Source: Octopus vulgaris
Lineage: Eukaryota
NCBI GenBank assembly: GCA_951406725.2
Contig: OX597827.1
Coordinates: forward strand, 55,056,001 to 55,120,000
Length of the DNA stretch: 64,000 nt
Reading direction: 5' to 3'
Shown here: piece after piece, positions 1-12,345 of the stretch
Layout: every line of letters begins with the position of its first letter
Numbering within the stretch: the first letter of the stretch is position 1
Notes under the pieces: model-generated
Seen by the model: the letters and a program-made list of their open reading frames with translations, nothing else
What the model was told of the DNA's origin: nothing
Database searches by the model: none
Made by a program: the position numbers and the translations under genes

Positions 1-133
1 GTTATCATTAAGCTAGCATTAGGAACATAAATTGTGACTAAGGTTTGGTGGAAGATTTTAATGAAAAACTAATGAAAACAAGACATTTATACTACAGAGC
101 TGGTTTTGGCCGGGTTGGTAACAAAAGGGTTAA
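1..133 (+). mobile_element. 3' part of TTAA-flanked MITE, family E (piggyBac-like termini)
   Basis: Matches the right half of the complete copy at 52115-52343 (ttaggaacataaattgtgactaaggtttggtggaagatt...) and ends in aaagggTTAA. Confidence 0.8.
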
Positions 134-324
134 TGGTATTAATTTGTTCAAGTGAACCCTTGAAGGTGGTACCCCAGCATAGTCACTTTCCAATGACTGA
201 AACAAATAAAAGATAAAAGACAGAGGCATTCATATACCTAAATGAAATTTATATTCAGTGTAATCTTATTAATATTATATTTATTTTCAATATTTTTTTT
301 TTAATATTTTATTGACCCTTGGAT

Positions 325-537
325 GACAAGCTGACAGAATCGTTTGCACACCAGGCAAAATGCTTAACAGCAATTTGCCCATCTTTAACGTTCTGAGTTC
401 AAATTCTGCCGCAGTCAACTTTGTCTTTCATCCTTTTGAGGTCAATAAAAAAAATACCAGTTGAGCACCGGGGTTGATGTAATTGACTTAACCCCTCCCC
501 CAAAATTTCTGGCCTTGTTCCAAAATTTGAAACCAAT
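325..537 (+). mobile_element. SINE family B copy, diverged
   Basis: Aligns by eye to the TSD-flanked copy at 4652-4882 (gctgacagaatcgtt...ttctgagttcaaattc...tttcatcc...accagttgagcac). Confidence 0.75.
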
Positions 538-848
538 TATTTTATTGTCTCTCTTTTTTTTTTTAAAGCAGAAAAGGTAAAGTGTCAAAATTACCTTCAA
601 AGTTCAAAACCTTTTAGACTGACTTCTTTCTTCATCCTTCCAAGGTCAATATAATGAGTATCAGTTATGGACTAGTGTCACAACATCTCTCCTTTGAAAA
701 TCAATGGCCTTGTGCCCATCTAACAAACCAATATGTTAGTAATTTTTATAGCTTATATATGTATATGTGAATTCAAATACCAAACACTTCTAATTTTTCT
801 ATCCCTGAACTGTGCCTATCCCTTGGCACCACCCTTCCCTGCTCATAC

Positions 849-1076
849 ATAACCCATTAGTATTTAAACCAGTCATATCAGCCCCAAATATTCTGTCTGT
901 ATTATATTCAAATTGGCAAGATCTAGCTTTTCACACCTACCCTATAATGTCATTGTAAAACTAAATGATCACCTCATCAAATTCTTGAAGCCATGAGATA
1001 ATGCATGATTGATTCAAAACAATTTGAATAAATAAGTATTACATTTTACAGTGTTATCTGAATGCTGAAGAGTTAA
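849..1076 (+). mobile_element. TTAA-flanked MITE, family F, diverged
   Basis: Similar along its length to 37223-37449 and 34435-34662; decayed taaccc...gagttaa termini. Confidence 0.7.
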
Positions 1077-1540
1077 ACATCAGTTGTATAAGCCTTGCTA
1101 GGCCTGCAATGTCTATGAACATAGATGCACTTCTTTTGATAATGGACTAGCTTGAAGGAACCGTGTGCAAGGCCTTCATAAGCCTTCTCAAGACAGGTGA
1201 GCTTGAGGCAGGCTACAAAATAATTAAGAGAAAGAAATCTAGATGCATGAAATAAATGTGGGCACAATTTGACAGTTGAGTGGAGCACACCTGTAATAAA
1301 TTGTTATTGATGTTAACAGTAACCTCTGTCTTCCCGTTACTTGTGAAATATCTTCATTGACACATCCATGTAGTCTGTCAAAATGTTTACCAATATAGAT
1401 GTCTAATCTAACTTCAGTTTTGAAGTCCAGGACCATGGATGTCCTAAAAGTCCTAAACAAAATTACCTCTTCATTATCATTGCCATCATCCTCATAAGGT
1501 CTGAGAGACTTGGAGTCAGAAGCCTAGCACTTTCACTACA

Positions 1541-1542
<2 letters not shown>

Positions 1543-1613
<71 letters not shown>
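1543..1613. repeat. compound (CT)n(TA)n microsatellite
   Basis: Directly visible dinucleotide runs. Confidence 0.95.
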
Positions 1614-1614
<1 letters not shown>

Positions 1615-2762
1615 CCCTGCTGCAATGATAATATTCTTCAAAATGGAATTATTTTAATAATATAGCAATAATTACCAATAATATTATTCAGATACACTGA
1701 GAAGTTAAATTAATTATATTTTATATTTTGCTAAATCCTTCCAAAATTTTGATTACTTTCTCAGCTATGATGCACAGTCTTCCTCTTGATTGATAGGCAG
1801 ATAAACAATCTTTAAAGGCTTAAACAAGGATTTCTAGCATCTGGCTGACACCTTATACATACAGTCTTCATATTCTGGTACAAGCGTATAAAAATTCTTC
1901 TCTCTTCACTCCCACCTTGAAAGATCTAGTACAATGGTACTCAACCATTTTTAACTTACAGACTCCTTTCCTTCCCATTTTACTTGGATGGACCTTCATA
2001 GCTATTCTATGTTTAAGAAATCCCATTATATTTTTATAATTAAATATTATTAGGAATTGTATTTAAAAAATTGTTAAAATACTTGGTTTGTTGTAGAAGC
2101 TACAAGACAATCATGGTTAATTCAAAGCAATGTGAATGAGTAAGCATTAAATTTGACAAAATAATCTGAATGCTATTGGGTCAATAGTTACAATATTGTG
2201 CTTGAATAGGCTATGGGCTCAATTCTTGGACTAAGCACTGTATTGTGTCCTTGTAGGGTTAGTCTTAAGCCAATAAAACAAATTTGTTTAAATTGAGCCC
2301 TGCACACATGCTCAAGTAGAGGACAGACACTATAACGAATTTTTAGTATATCATTGTGGCTAATGGTGGAACCTCAATCCCTCAATGCTTTTTGGCTACA
2401 ACTGGCACACGGCATGAAGCATAAAATATCAATCTTCAGCTTTTGTAAAATAGAGAGCCCCACCAACAATTATCTACTTAGACCCCACACTTCCTAACAC
2501 TGGCCCTGGTCCTTGAACAAGGTACTTCACACTATTTCAATCAATTCAGCTAAATATGAGTATCAGTGGCAACTGATGTAGGTTAACTCTGCAATGGACT
2601 GAGACCCAATTCAAAGAGGAGCCTTGTACTCTCACTTACTTAAATACCTATGAAACCAAGCTAAGCTCTGTCCTGATGAGTCTAGGTTTATAACAGACAT
2701 ATGCTTCATTTTGGGATTTGGTTTGCAAGCTTCTTTATATGAGTTCGTGTGTTGAAGCATAT

Positions 2763-2965
2763 TCTGTTGTGTCTGGGGAGAGTAATTTTCTTTTTGTACC
2801 TTATAATGTAACACACTCACCGTTAAAATTTCCACTTATTTCTTATTTTTATTTTCTTCAAATTTTCGTTGCGTTTTGCAACCTTGAAATAAGTGGAAAT
2901 TTTACCGGTGAGTGTATTACATTATAAGGTACAAAAAGAAAATTACTCTCCCCAGACACAACAGA
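2763..2965. repeat. 80-bp inverted repeat with 43-nt spacer; probable Penelope-like element fragment
   Basis: Arm 2763-2842 is the reverse complement of 2886-2965 with 2 mismatches. The Penelope assignment is inference. Confidence 0.85.
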
Positions 2966-4651
2966 CATGTGTTTAACTTTAAATAATTTGTTCAAAGTTG
3001 AATTATTTTCTGGCCCTGAAAAAAAGGAACCCAGCCATTGTGATTTGTAAAAGTACAGAGTTTACTGTGAAACATAGTGGAGACGAAACATTGCATTTCA
3101 CAAATTCAGTTTCAGTTCAGTTATTGTAGCTGCGTGGTTAAGAGAGTTGCTTCCCAACCACATGGTTTCAGGTTCAGTCCCACTGTGTGACACCTTGGAT
3201 AAGTATCTTATGCTATAACTTCAATCCAATCAAAGCCTTGTGAATGGATTTGATTGAGAGAAACTGAAAGAAACCCATTGTATGTGTGCATTTCTGTAAA
3301 ATCATGTGTTGTAAATGGGTGTCATCATCATTCAAACACTGTTTTAATCTGGTTTGTGAGTGACTCTGCTATTGAATGAAGTTAAATTATCTTGTCATCA
3401 TTTCAATGTGGTTTTGGAAGTTTTTCATTTATGAAGGAATGCACAAGCTCTATAGAAGGTGACAGAACCCCACTCTAGCAGTTGTTGAAATTGGAAAGAA
3501 ATTTAAGGTCAAATGTAAGGTGATTATTTATAAATGCATTTGTCACTTGAGAGTTGTTGCATTAGATAGCAATTGGCAGCATCTGAGAAGCTGGCTTTAT
3601 TTTTTTTTTTATTGTTAAGGATGGAACACATGGGTATGAGTGTGCCTGTCTGTCTGTCTGTCTCTTTCACTATCTCTGTGTTGCAACCTAGAGATATAGG
3701 GAGTGACAGAACAGATAGAAATCAAGAGTAGCAGTGGGGGGACTCAGTTGAATGATTAACTTTTGGAAGTCGATCCCCCACACCACACCCCACCAGTCAT
3801 TAAGCTAATATTGTCTTTTCTCGATTGTCATCATCATCACCGTCATTTTTATATCTCCTTTTTCTATGCTGGCATGGGTTAGATGAGTCTTACTGAAGCA
3901 GTATTCATCAGTTAGATGCCCATCTTTATGTTTATGAAATAAAGCATTTATATTCTACAAGTTTACATTTATCAAAACCATCAAGCTACAGAATATATTG
4001 TTTACAGAAGATATGATCATGATATTGCAGTCAATCACATAAGCAGTACCACACAAATAGATGCAGAAATAAGCATCCACTTACATGCATATATCAGAGC
4101 TTTGTGCAGTTTTCATCTACCAGTTTTAGTCACAAGGCAATGGTCAGCCCAGTGCTATAGTAAAAGACGCTTGCTTAGTGTGGGACGGAACCCAAAGCCA
4201 CATGGTCATACAACTTCTTTACCACACATACATCCCTCAGCTTAAAAATTTCTAATTAGATTTCTTATACTCACTGCTTTAAATATCTTATGCGGATATA
4301 TTGAAAATACCTCATGGAGTGACAACCATCCCCTGTGTAGTTAGGGGCTGCCTTTTGGCAAGGCAAAGCACCTGTTCAGCCACCCTGCCAGGGATACCGT
4401 GAAGTCATGGGACTGCAGCATGGTGAATTAGGAAGAGGCAGCTGAAGAGCTCAGCTGAGCCAACAGTGCTTCTTACATTGGTGCTGGATGGAGGAATCCT
4501 TGAAGATCAGGATCACCATCAAGAGAGTAACTGCAATGCATCCATTGGGGTGGCATCCATGGTTTTGTAATTTTGAAAGATTCGTTATGGCTCAAGCTCA
4601 AAATTCAAATTCATAATAATGGAATTGGATGGCAAGAGAGAGTCATGAGAA

Positions 4652-4882
4652 AGGCGGCGAGCTGGCAGAATCGTTAGCATGCCGGGCGGAATGCTTAGCG
4701 GTATTTTGTATGCGGTTACGTTCTGAGTTCAAATTCCACTGAGGTCGACTTTGCCTTTCTTCCTTTCGGGGTCGATAAATTAAGTACCAGTTACGTACTG
4801 GGGTCAATGTAATCGACTTAATCCCTTTGTCTGTCCTTGTTTGTCCCCTCTATGTTTAGCCCCTTGTGGGCAATAAAGAAAT
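4652..4882 (+). mobile_element. young full-length SINE family B with 18-bp target-site duplication
   Basis: Perfect TSD aagagagagtcatgagaa at 4634-4651 and 4883-4900; CpG-rich; B-box-like gagttcaaattcc; many related copies in the window. Confidence 0.9.
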
Positions 4883-5809
4883 AAGAGAGAGTCATGAGAA
4901 TCTGCGAAAGCAGCAAAACAAAAAAATATTAATTTCACTACTTATACAAACATTTGTGCTGATGGCAGGATATGTGAGAAAAATTCACCAAAATTGGAAG
5001 GGATCCTTTTTATAAATGCTTGTAGTTGAGAAATGACAGTTTAGCAGTTGTGTTGGTTGTGTTGCAGTTGTAAGTGCTTAAAAATTTTGTTTCATTTTGT
5101 CGCCTAGCTTTTGTGAACTACATTTATAAACTTTCCCAGTTAATTACTATACATAACTCTCTCTCTTTCTTTCTCCCTGTTACCCTTTCCCTTTCGTTAT
5201 AGTGGCACAATTTCTGCTAAACATTTGAGATTTGGTAATGCATAAATCAGAGAGGGACAATGATGAAGCATTTGTCACTGTCATTCATCTGACTGTCCCA
5301 GACAGGTCAAGGTGAGGGACATTTTCTGTCACGCATAAAATTGGCAAAAATTCAAATTATTAGTTATGAGTAGTCAGTAAATCAGTTAATGACGTAGTTG
5401 TGACGAAAAATTTGCTAAGAAAAAACATGCCAGAATAGCTGTGTTTCTAACCATTTATCTGAATGACACATCTGCAGCTTAAGGCAAAAAATATTCTGAT
5501 CTTGTTCATTCTCTATACTCTACTAATGATATTAATACTGTACTCATGTTGTTTAGCCTCAGGTTAGTCCCAGTCAAGCATTCCAAATCACCCATTCAGT
5601 TTTATTTTCTGGGAGTGCAGTATCCAATGTGCTCTGTTTTTGTTTTGTTTTGTTTTGGTTGTTTTTTTTTGTTTTTTTTGCGTTTTATTTTTAATATTTT
5701 TCCCTACTTCCAATTCTCTGCCGTAGAAACATTGACAGTGTACCAGTCTAATAATAATAAAAAGCTCAACCATTTCCCTGTCTTACCTAAAGATGATTCT
5801 GGATATAAA

Positions 5810-6600
5810 GTAGCAAGATAGAATTCCTGAGACAGAGTCCTCAGGCATAGCAATGTTCCTAGTTTGTTTGCCATACTCTAGGAAATTTGGCTGCATTGAA
5901 CTGGACATGTTAATAATCTTTTTCTTTGAATTTACAAATGGAGTGTGTAGTGTTGGTGCACCTCCAGGGCCAGATTAAGATCCATAGAGGCCCTAAGCAC
6001 TTAAAACATTTTGGTTTCTCCATATGTATATATATTCAAGACATAAACAATAATAGACCATAAAATAAACTTTTATTTCTCAAAATGAAACAAAACTAAC
6101 AGTAAGATAGAAAAATGTTTTATTTTGACATCATGAACACTTCAAAATTATATTTCCAATCATGTAAACCACTTCAAATATTATTTTAACAAGTTTAAAG
6201 TGATTTCTTTTGTGCTGTAGACCATTTACCATTTTTGTGGTGTCCCCTTCCCTTAATGTCCTAAGCATGTGCTTATTTTACTCAATGGTTAATCCAGTGC
6301 TGTATGCTTCATAAAAGATTTAATGATGCACTGAAAACAGCCTTAAAAGGCTGCAAGATTAATCCATGTTCTAAAGACGAAAACTTGCTTGAGACAGATC
6401 TGCTTGGAAAGAAGCTTGCACTGGTGGCTGCAAGGTATTTTAATCATTTTGGATTTGTATAACAGAGACCAAAAGGAAAATTCACCAAATCTACCCTAGC
6501 AATCCTGGTGTGAATGAACATCTGTATATGGTTTCTAGTGAATATATCTTTGCCAAAAGGGAGGTCTTAGTCACAGCAGGACCCATAAATGAGCTATTTC
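5810..6600 (+). mobile_element. old RTE/BovB-like LINE 3' fragment interrupted by a hAT MITE
   Basis: Degenerate translation: VLRHSNVPSLFAIL*EIWLH*TGHV ... RFNDALKTALKGCKINP ... DRSAWKE ... SHSRTHK*, resembling the RTE ORF2 C-terminus. Confidence 0.6.
5965..6302. mobile_element. non-autonomous hAT-like element
   Basis: TIRs cagggccagattaa / ttaatccagtgctg. Flanking 8-mers tgcacctc and tatgcttc differ only by transitions (possible decayed 8-bp TSD). Confidence 0.6.
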
Positions 6601-7167
6601 ATCTTTGTATTTTTCAAACAGTGACTAGGTCATCTTCAGGTTTGACTTGGAAGCTATCATAGCAAACACACACACACACACACATATGTATATATGTACA
6701 CATACATTTATATGTGTGTGTGTATATAATCAGCAACTGAATACAAGCTGCCAACTACTCAATTGTTTGACCTTTATCAACTTATCTCTCCACAATCTCT
6801 TAACTCCTGGCTTATTAATGTCCATATAGGAATTCAAGAACGGATGTAGTTGGAATGGTTTGATGTTACTTTCTTGTTTGTTTATAAAAGAGTTTTGGAC
6901 TAAATCCCTAGCCCTTTAGCATTCAGATTTATTCTGTTGAATGTGATACTTATTTATTAAGCATCATTTTTTTAATTAATCAAGTTGTATCGCATAGCAC
7001 TGAGATTTCGATATAATGTTATTGATTATTTTTAAAATGACATTGTGGAGACCAGAACATAAAAAAGGGTAGAATATTTGGACCAGCATTCAGATTACTT
7101 TGTCAAATTTAAAGCATATTTCTTCACATTGTTTTTAATTAATTATGCATAATCTCCTTGATTTAAA

Positions 7168-7470
7168 GGTACATGGCGTCAGGTTCACAATACAATTCCA
7201 GACCAGGCTGTGTTTTGTGTTCTTGAGCAATTCACTTTATTTCACGTTGCTTCAGTTCACTCAGCTGTAGAAATGAGTTGCGATATCACTGGTGCCAAGC
7301 TGTATCAGCCTTTGCCATTCCCTTGGATGACATCGGTGGCATAGAGAGAGGAGGCTGGTATGCATAGGCAACATGCTGGTCTTCCATAAACAAATCTGCC
7401 TAGACTTCTGCCTGGGAGGGTAACTTTCTGGGTGCAATCCCATGGTCATCATGACCAAAGGGGGTCTTTT
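7168..7470 (+). mobile_element. SINE family D inserted into a family F MITE cluster (about 6910-7625)
   Basis: Same body as 15300-15631(-), 39890-40185 and 60057-60365(-); MITE sequence resumes after it. Confidence 0.75.
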
Positions 7471-7948
7471 TTATCTCATAGATTTGAAATTTTAGTAATG
7501 TGATTATTCAATTTAAGAATGATATTATAGGTGTAGGTGTGAGAGGCAAGGTTTAGTGAGTTTCTGTATAAAATAAGTTGAATATTTTGGGCTGGATATG
7601 GCCAGTTTAAATACGAAAGGGTTGAAGCAAATGAAGTACTTATGAATTAATTATACAGTGACCTCTGAACTGAACCGTATTTGCACATGGGTTTCTGGTC
7701 ATGGTTCCTATTCATAACAGAAAATTGAGCGGAATCTTTTTATCTTCTTTCTTGTTTCAATCATTAGATTGTAGCCATGCTGAGGCACCACCTTGAAGAA
7801 TTTTTATTTGGATGAATTGACCCCAGCATTTGTTTTTTTTTTTAAGCCCAGTACTTATTTTATCGATCTGTTTTGCTGAGCTGCTAATTTACAGGGATAT
7901 AAACACACCAACACCAGTTTCAAGCAGTGATGGAAGACAAACACACAC

Positions 7949-8278
7949 ACTTATATATGTGACAAGTTTCTTTCAATTTCTGTCTGCCAAATCCACTCGC
8001 AAGGCTTTTGTCAGCCCAAGTCTGTAGTAGAAAACACTTGCCCAAGTTGTCACCCAGTTGGACTGAATCCAGAACTATGTGCACAGCCATGCCTGGTTTT
8101 TCTACCAAATACAAAAAGGGATACAAAATAGTTAATTGGTCAGTATGTTATCAACTGGATTCAGTCCCACTGGGTGAAAACTTGGGCAAGTGTTTTCTAC
8201 TCCAGACTTGGGCTGACCAAAGCTTTGTGAGTAGATTTGGCAAACAGAAATTGAAAGAAGCTTATCACATATATAAGT
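7949..8278. repeat. 124-bp inverted duplication of a family A SINE segment
   Basis: 7949-8072 vs reverse complement of 8155-8278: about 10 mismatches, sharing variants absent from other copies. Confidence 0.85.
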
Positions 8279-9440
8279 CAACTGTATTCACTATTCTAAA
8301 GTATATAGCCTTGTACCAATGAAAAAACCCATTAATATTAGTTTCAGTTTTGGGCACAAAGCCACCAGTTTCGGGTAAGTGGCTAAAGTCAGTTGCATCA
8401 ACCCCAGTACTCAAGTAGTACTTATTTCATTGACCCCGAAAGGATGAAAGGCAAAGCTGACTTTGGCTGAATTTGAACTCAGAAGACGCAGATGGAGGAA
8501 ATACTGCTAAACATTTTACCTAACATGCTAATGATTCTGCCAGCTCTACCTGCCTTAAAAGAAACCATTAGTATTATAGTTTCTGTCTTCTGTTAAGGCA
8601 GATTTTCCATGGCTGGGTGCTTTTCATGACACCAACCCTCACCTGTTTCACAATTTCACAGAGGATTGGAAACGAAGGACATTACTTACATGATGGCAAC
8701 ACTTGCTTACAACTATCACATGATGTCAAGACACAGTAACACACACACACACATATATATAGCACATATATATATAATGGGTTTCTTTTCAGTTTGCGTC
8801 AACCAAATCCACTCACAAAGCTTTGGTTGACCCAGGGTTATAGTAGAAGACACTTGCCTAAGGTGCTATACAGTGGGACTGAACCTAATACCATGTGGTT
8901 GAGAAGGAAACTTCTCACACCACACAGCCACTCCTGCACCTACACATGTTAAATAAATGATATAATGGTTAAGTAGAAGAGTGGTTGATGTTGCTCAAGA
9001 ATTAGCTGAACCAAAACACTACAAACTTTAGAATTATCTCTAGAAAAGAACAAAGGAACAAGTTATTCTTACTTCTGAATATAGATATTTTTGGTTTTGT
9101 GTTAAGCAATGTAATCCTGTTTCTAGGACTAAAGCTGTATTTTGTGTTGAATTCCATTTGAGATCTTTGGTGTTTCTGTTTTCTGAGCATAGTAAAATAA
9201 ATAGCTCCTAGCAGCTATACTAGGGTTAAGATCATAGACGAAAAAATCCTGTTTTTACTATTTTCAAAAGCTTGAAATAATAGACAAAGTAGAAAATTAA
9301 ATTTTATCAATTATCTTTGCTGCTAATAAAAACACTACCTAAATTGCCTTAAATTATATAAAACACAAGATCTTCTTAATTTTGCTGACACTCTTGGACA
9401 GTATTTTCATATTTCAGAGTCCCCTCTTTCTCTCTCTCTC

Positions 9441-9475
<35 letters not shown>

Positions 9476-10025
9476 TTGTATCTCCTTGAGTTGGTATTGC
9501 ATGATAGTTGTAAAATGAGCATCACTGTTATATAAGTAATGGCATTTCCAGTATTCTGCAAGAACATGTCTTGGCATGCGTGGCTGAGGGGAAAACATTA
9601 TCTTGCTTGGAAAAAGGTGAGGGCTGGCATGAGGAAGGGCACCCTGCCGTAGAAAAATGCACCTCAGACAAACTCAGCTTGACCCATGCCAAGCATGGAA
9701 AAAAAGTAGACACCAAATAATGATGATGACAATGATATATATATATAAGATCTACTTCTAGCATAATGGATGTCTACCTAGTGGTCATCCCTCTTATATG
9801 TATGTAATATAATTTTTCTGAATCTTCAGTTTTTAATATGCTAGACTACTGGTTTTAAATTGATATTAATCAAATTAATATTCAATTTTTCACCCTTATT
9901 ATTTTAAATTTATATATATATATTCCCCCATGTACACATTTGCTTTCTCATTGGTAAGGCTTTTCCTGTATATATGCGTAAATGTAATTCTTTTCTCAAA
10001 TAAATTGCTTTTCATATCTGAGGCT

Positions 10026-10076
10026 CTGATGAAGCTATAAGGTGTTACTCTGCACCTCATAGCAGAAACACCTGTA
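10026..10076 (+). ncRNA. hammerhead-ribozyme-like motif (Penelope type)
   Basis: CTGATGA-A-GCTATAAGGTG-ttactctg-CACCTCATAGC-A-GAAA-CA-cc-TG-TA: conserved core boxes, 11-bp stem II with one mismatch, minimal stem III. Stem I pairing is not evident. Confidence 0.6.
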
Positions 10077-10522
10077 AAATAATGCAGTTCATAAGATAAT
10101 CATTTATTCCTTTGTCATCTCATTTTCTTATATCATTGTTCTTCAATAAACATAGAAGCAGCTGGTGGTTTACTGGCCCAAAGCCTATTGTTTCAACCTG
10201 TACTTTTCTGAAATTGCATTAAGCTCTTTTTAAGCAAGGTTCATTACATTTACTACTTTTGCCAATCTACTTGAAATTATTTACTACAGCTGTAACACAT
10301 TCTACTTGAATGAAGAACTAAAAGGGGGAAAAAGAAAAGAAAAAGCTGTAAAGCAAACAACTTCTTCAACAAACAATTTTTGCAAATTCTATTCAATTTG
10401 TTGGGCTTTTTTTAGTGCTTCAGCTGTAAATATACTCTGATAATATTATCCATCAATTTCTCATATTCTTTTTTTTTTTTTTTAAATAGTTTATCTTGTA
10501 AGAATGTTACAAATAATAATTA

Positions 10523-10889
10523 CTCTTTTAACTCTTTTACTTGTTTCAGTCATTTGACTGCGGCCATGCTGGAGCACCGCCTTTAATCGAGCAACTCGAT
10601 CCCGGGACTTATTCTTTTGCCGAACCGCTAAGTAACGGGGACATAAACACACCAGCATCGGTTGTCAAGCAATGCTAGGGGGACAAACTCAGACACACAC
10701 ACACTCATATATATATACATATATACGACGGGCTTCTTTCAGTTTCCGTCTACCAAATCCACTCACAAGGCTTTGGTCGGCCCGAGGCTATAGTAGAAGA
10801 CACTTGCCCATGGTGCCACGCAGCGGGACTGAACCCGGAACCATGTGGTTGGTAAACAAGCTACTTACCACACAGCCATTCCTGCGCCT
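10523..10889 (-). mobile_element. young tRNA-headed SINE family A
   Basis: Reverse complement has A-box (tggctgtgtggtaa), B-box (gggttcagtccc), core-like gcaccatgggcaagtgtct and a gtaaaagag tail; CpGs retained. Confidence 0.9.
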
Positions 10890-10978
10890 ATTTATTTAAC
10901 TATTGTTTTTTTATCAATGATTGCTCACCTGGCTCTTTTGTCTGATATACAAAATATACATTAACATTCACTAGAACA

Positions 10979-11195
10979 AGGTGGTGAGCCAGCAGAATCA
11001 TTAGCATGCCGGGCAAACAGCTTAGTAGCACTTCATTCGTCTTTGTATTCTGAGTTCTAATTCCGCAGAAGTTGACTTTGCCTTTCATCCTTTCAGGGTT
11101 GATAAAATAAGTACCAATTAAACTCTGGGGGTCAATGTAATTGACTAACCCTCTCCCCCGAATTTGCTGGCCTTGTGTCAATATTTGAAACCAAT
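10979..11195 (+). mobile_element. SINE family B copy
   Basis: Similarity to 4652-4882 in the 5' two-thirds; alternative 3' end (ctggccttgtgtcaatatttgaaacc). Confidence 0.75.
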
Positions 11196-12039
11196 ATTCA
11201 TCAGAACATATTCCTTGTATGTTCACATAGGAATCAGCAAAAGCTTGTTCTGAAACACAGACTCTTGGCCTTTGCACTCTCTGATCCACAGTGCAACAAC
11301 CAGTACAGTAATATAAAGAGCTTCATTTTTTTTTGTTTTTTTAAGTCCAGTTTTAGAGATTTCCTTCCTCTGTCATGAGATTGTTATTTCCCCCCATAAG
11401 ACTTTCATTCAAAATATTTACATTTTGAAGGTTATTTTTTTTTTAGTATGAAAGCTCTCAATGGTTATCAGTTTATGCATTAAAATATTCACGTGTCCAT
11501 TTTTTTGAAGTGATAAAGGATACTGCAAATATTATAAAAATGTTAGAAAGTACTCTAGAATTAAAAATAAATTTTATAAAATTTGTTTATCTGACATTTT
11601 CTGTTAAGTTTTGACTCAATCCAAAAATTTTCGTTTTCCTGAGAATATTTCAGAATTTGTATTGTTATAATTCTACAGTATGTTTGGTTGGGTTTTTTTT
11701 TGTTTTGTTTTAAGTTCAAAAATAGAATGGGATGAGCTTTGTTTTAATTAGAAGCTGAAAACTAAAAACGAATAGAAAGTAATAGATTTTGGATTAGTCT
11801 ATGAAATATCACACACATATACACACTCTAATTGGCTGAGCTGTTAGGCATTCTGGCATGCAGTGGCTTCTTTATTTTCTAGCAGACAAAACAAACTTGG
11901 TTTTTGTTTTTATCTCACTTTATCTCTCTTTCCAGCTCCCCACCAATTACTTCCGCCCACTTTTGTCTAATGTCAGCAGCGATGTATCTCTCTTCTGTTG
12001 CAAGAGACTTGTTCCAACCCTCTCCTTCATAGTCTAATC

Positions 12040-12284
12040 CAATGTTTCTCAACCATGTTTTACCTATAGACCCCTTTCATTCCTATTTTACTTGGAGGGA
12101 ACCATCATAGTCATTCCATGTTAAAAAAAGGTCCTAGTGGCTGTGTGGTAAGTAGCTTGCTTACCAACCACATGATTCCAAGTTCAGTCCCACTGCGTGG
12201 CACCTTGGGCAAGTGTCTTCTACTATAGCCTCGGGCCGACCAAAGCCTTGTGAGTAGATTTGGTAGACGGAAACTGAAAGAAGC

Positions 12285-12345
<61 letters not shown>

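Noticed and set aside
6610-6640. Minus-strand CTGAAGATGAC...GAAA hammerhead-like string
   Set aside because: Stem II register and stems I and III are not convincing.
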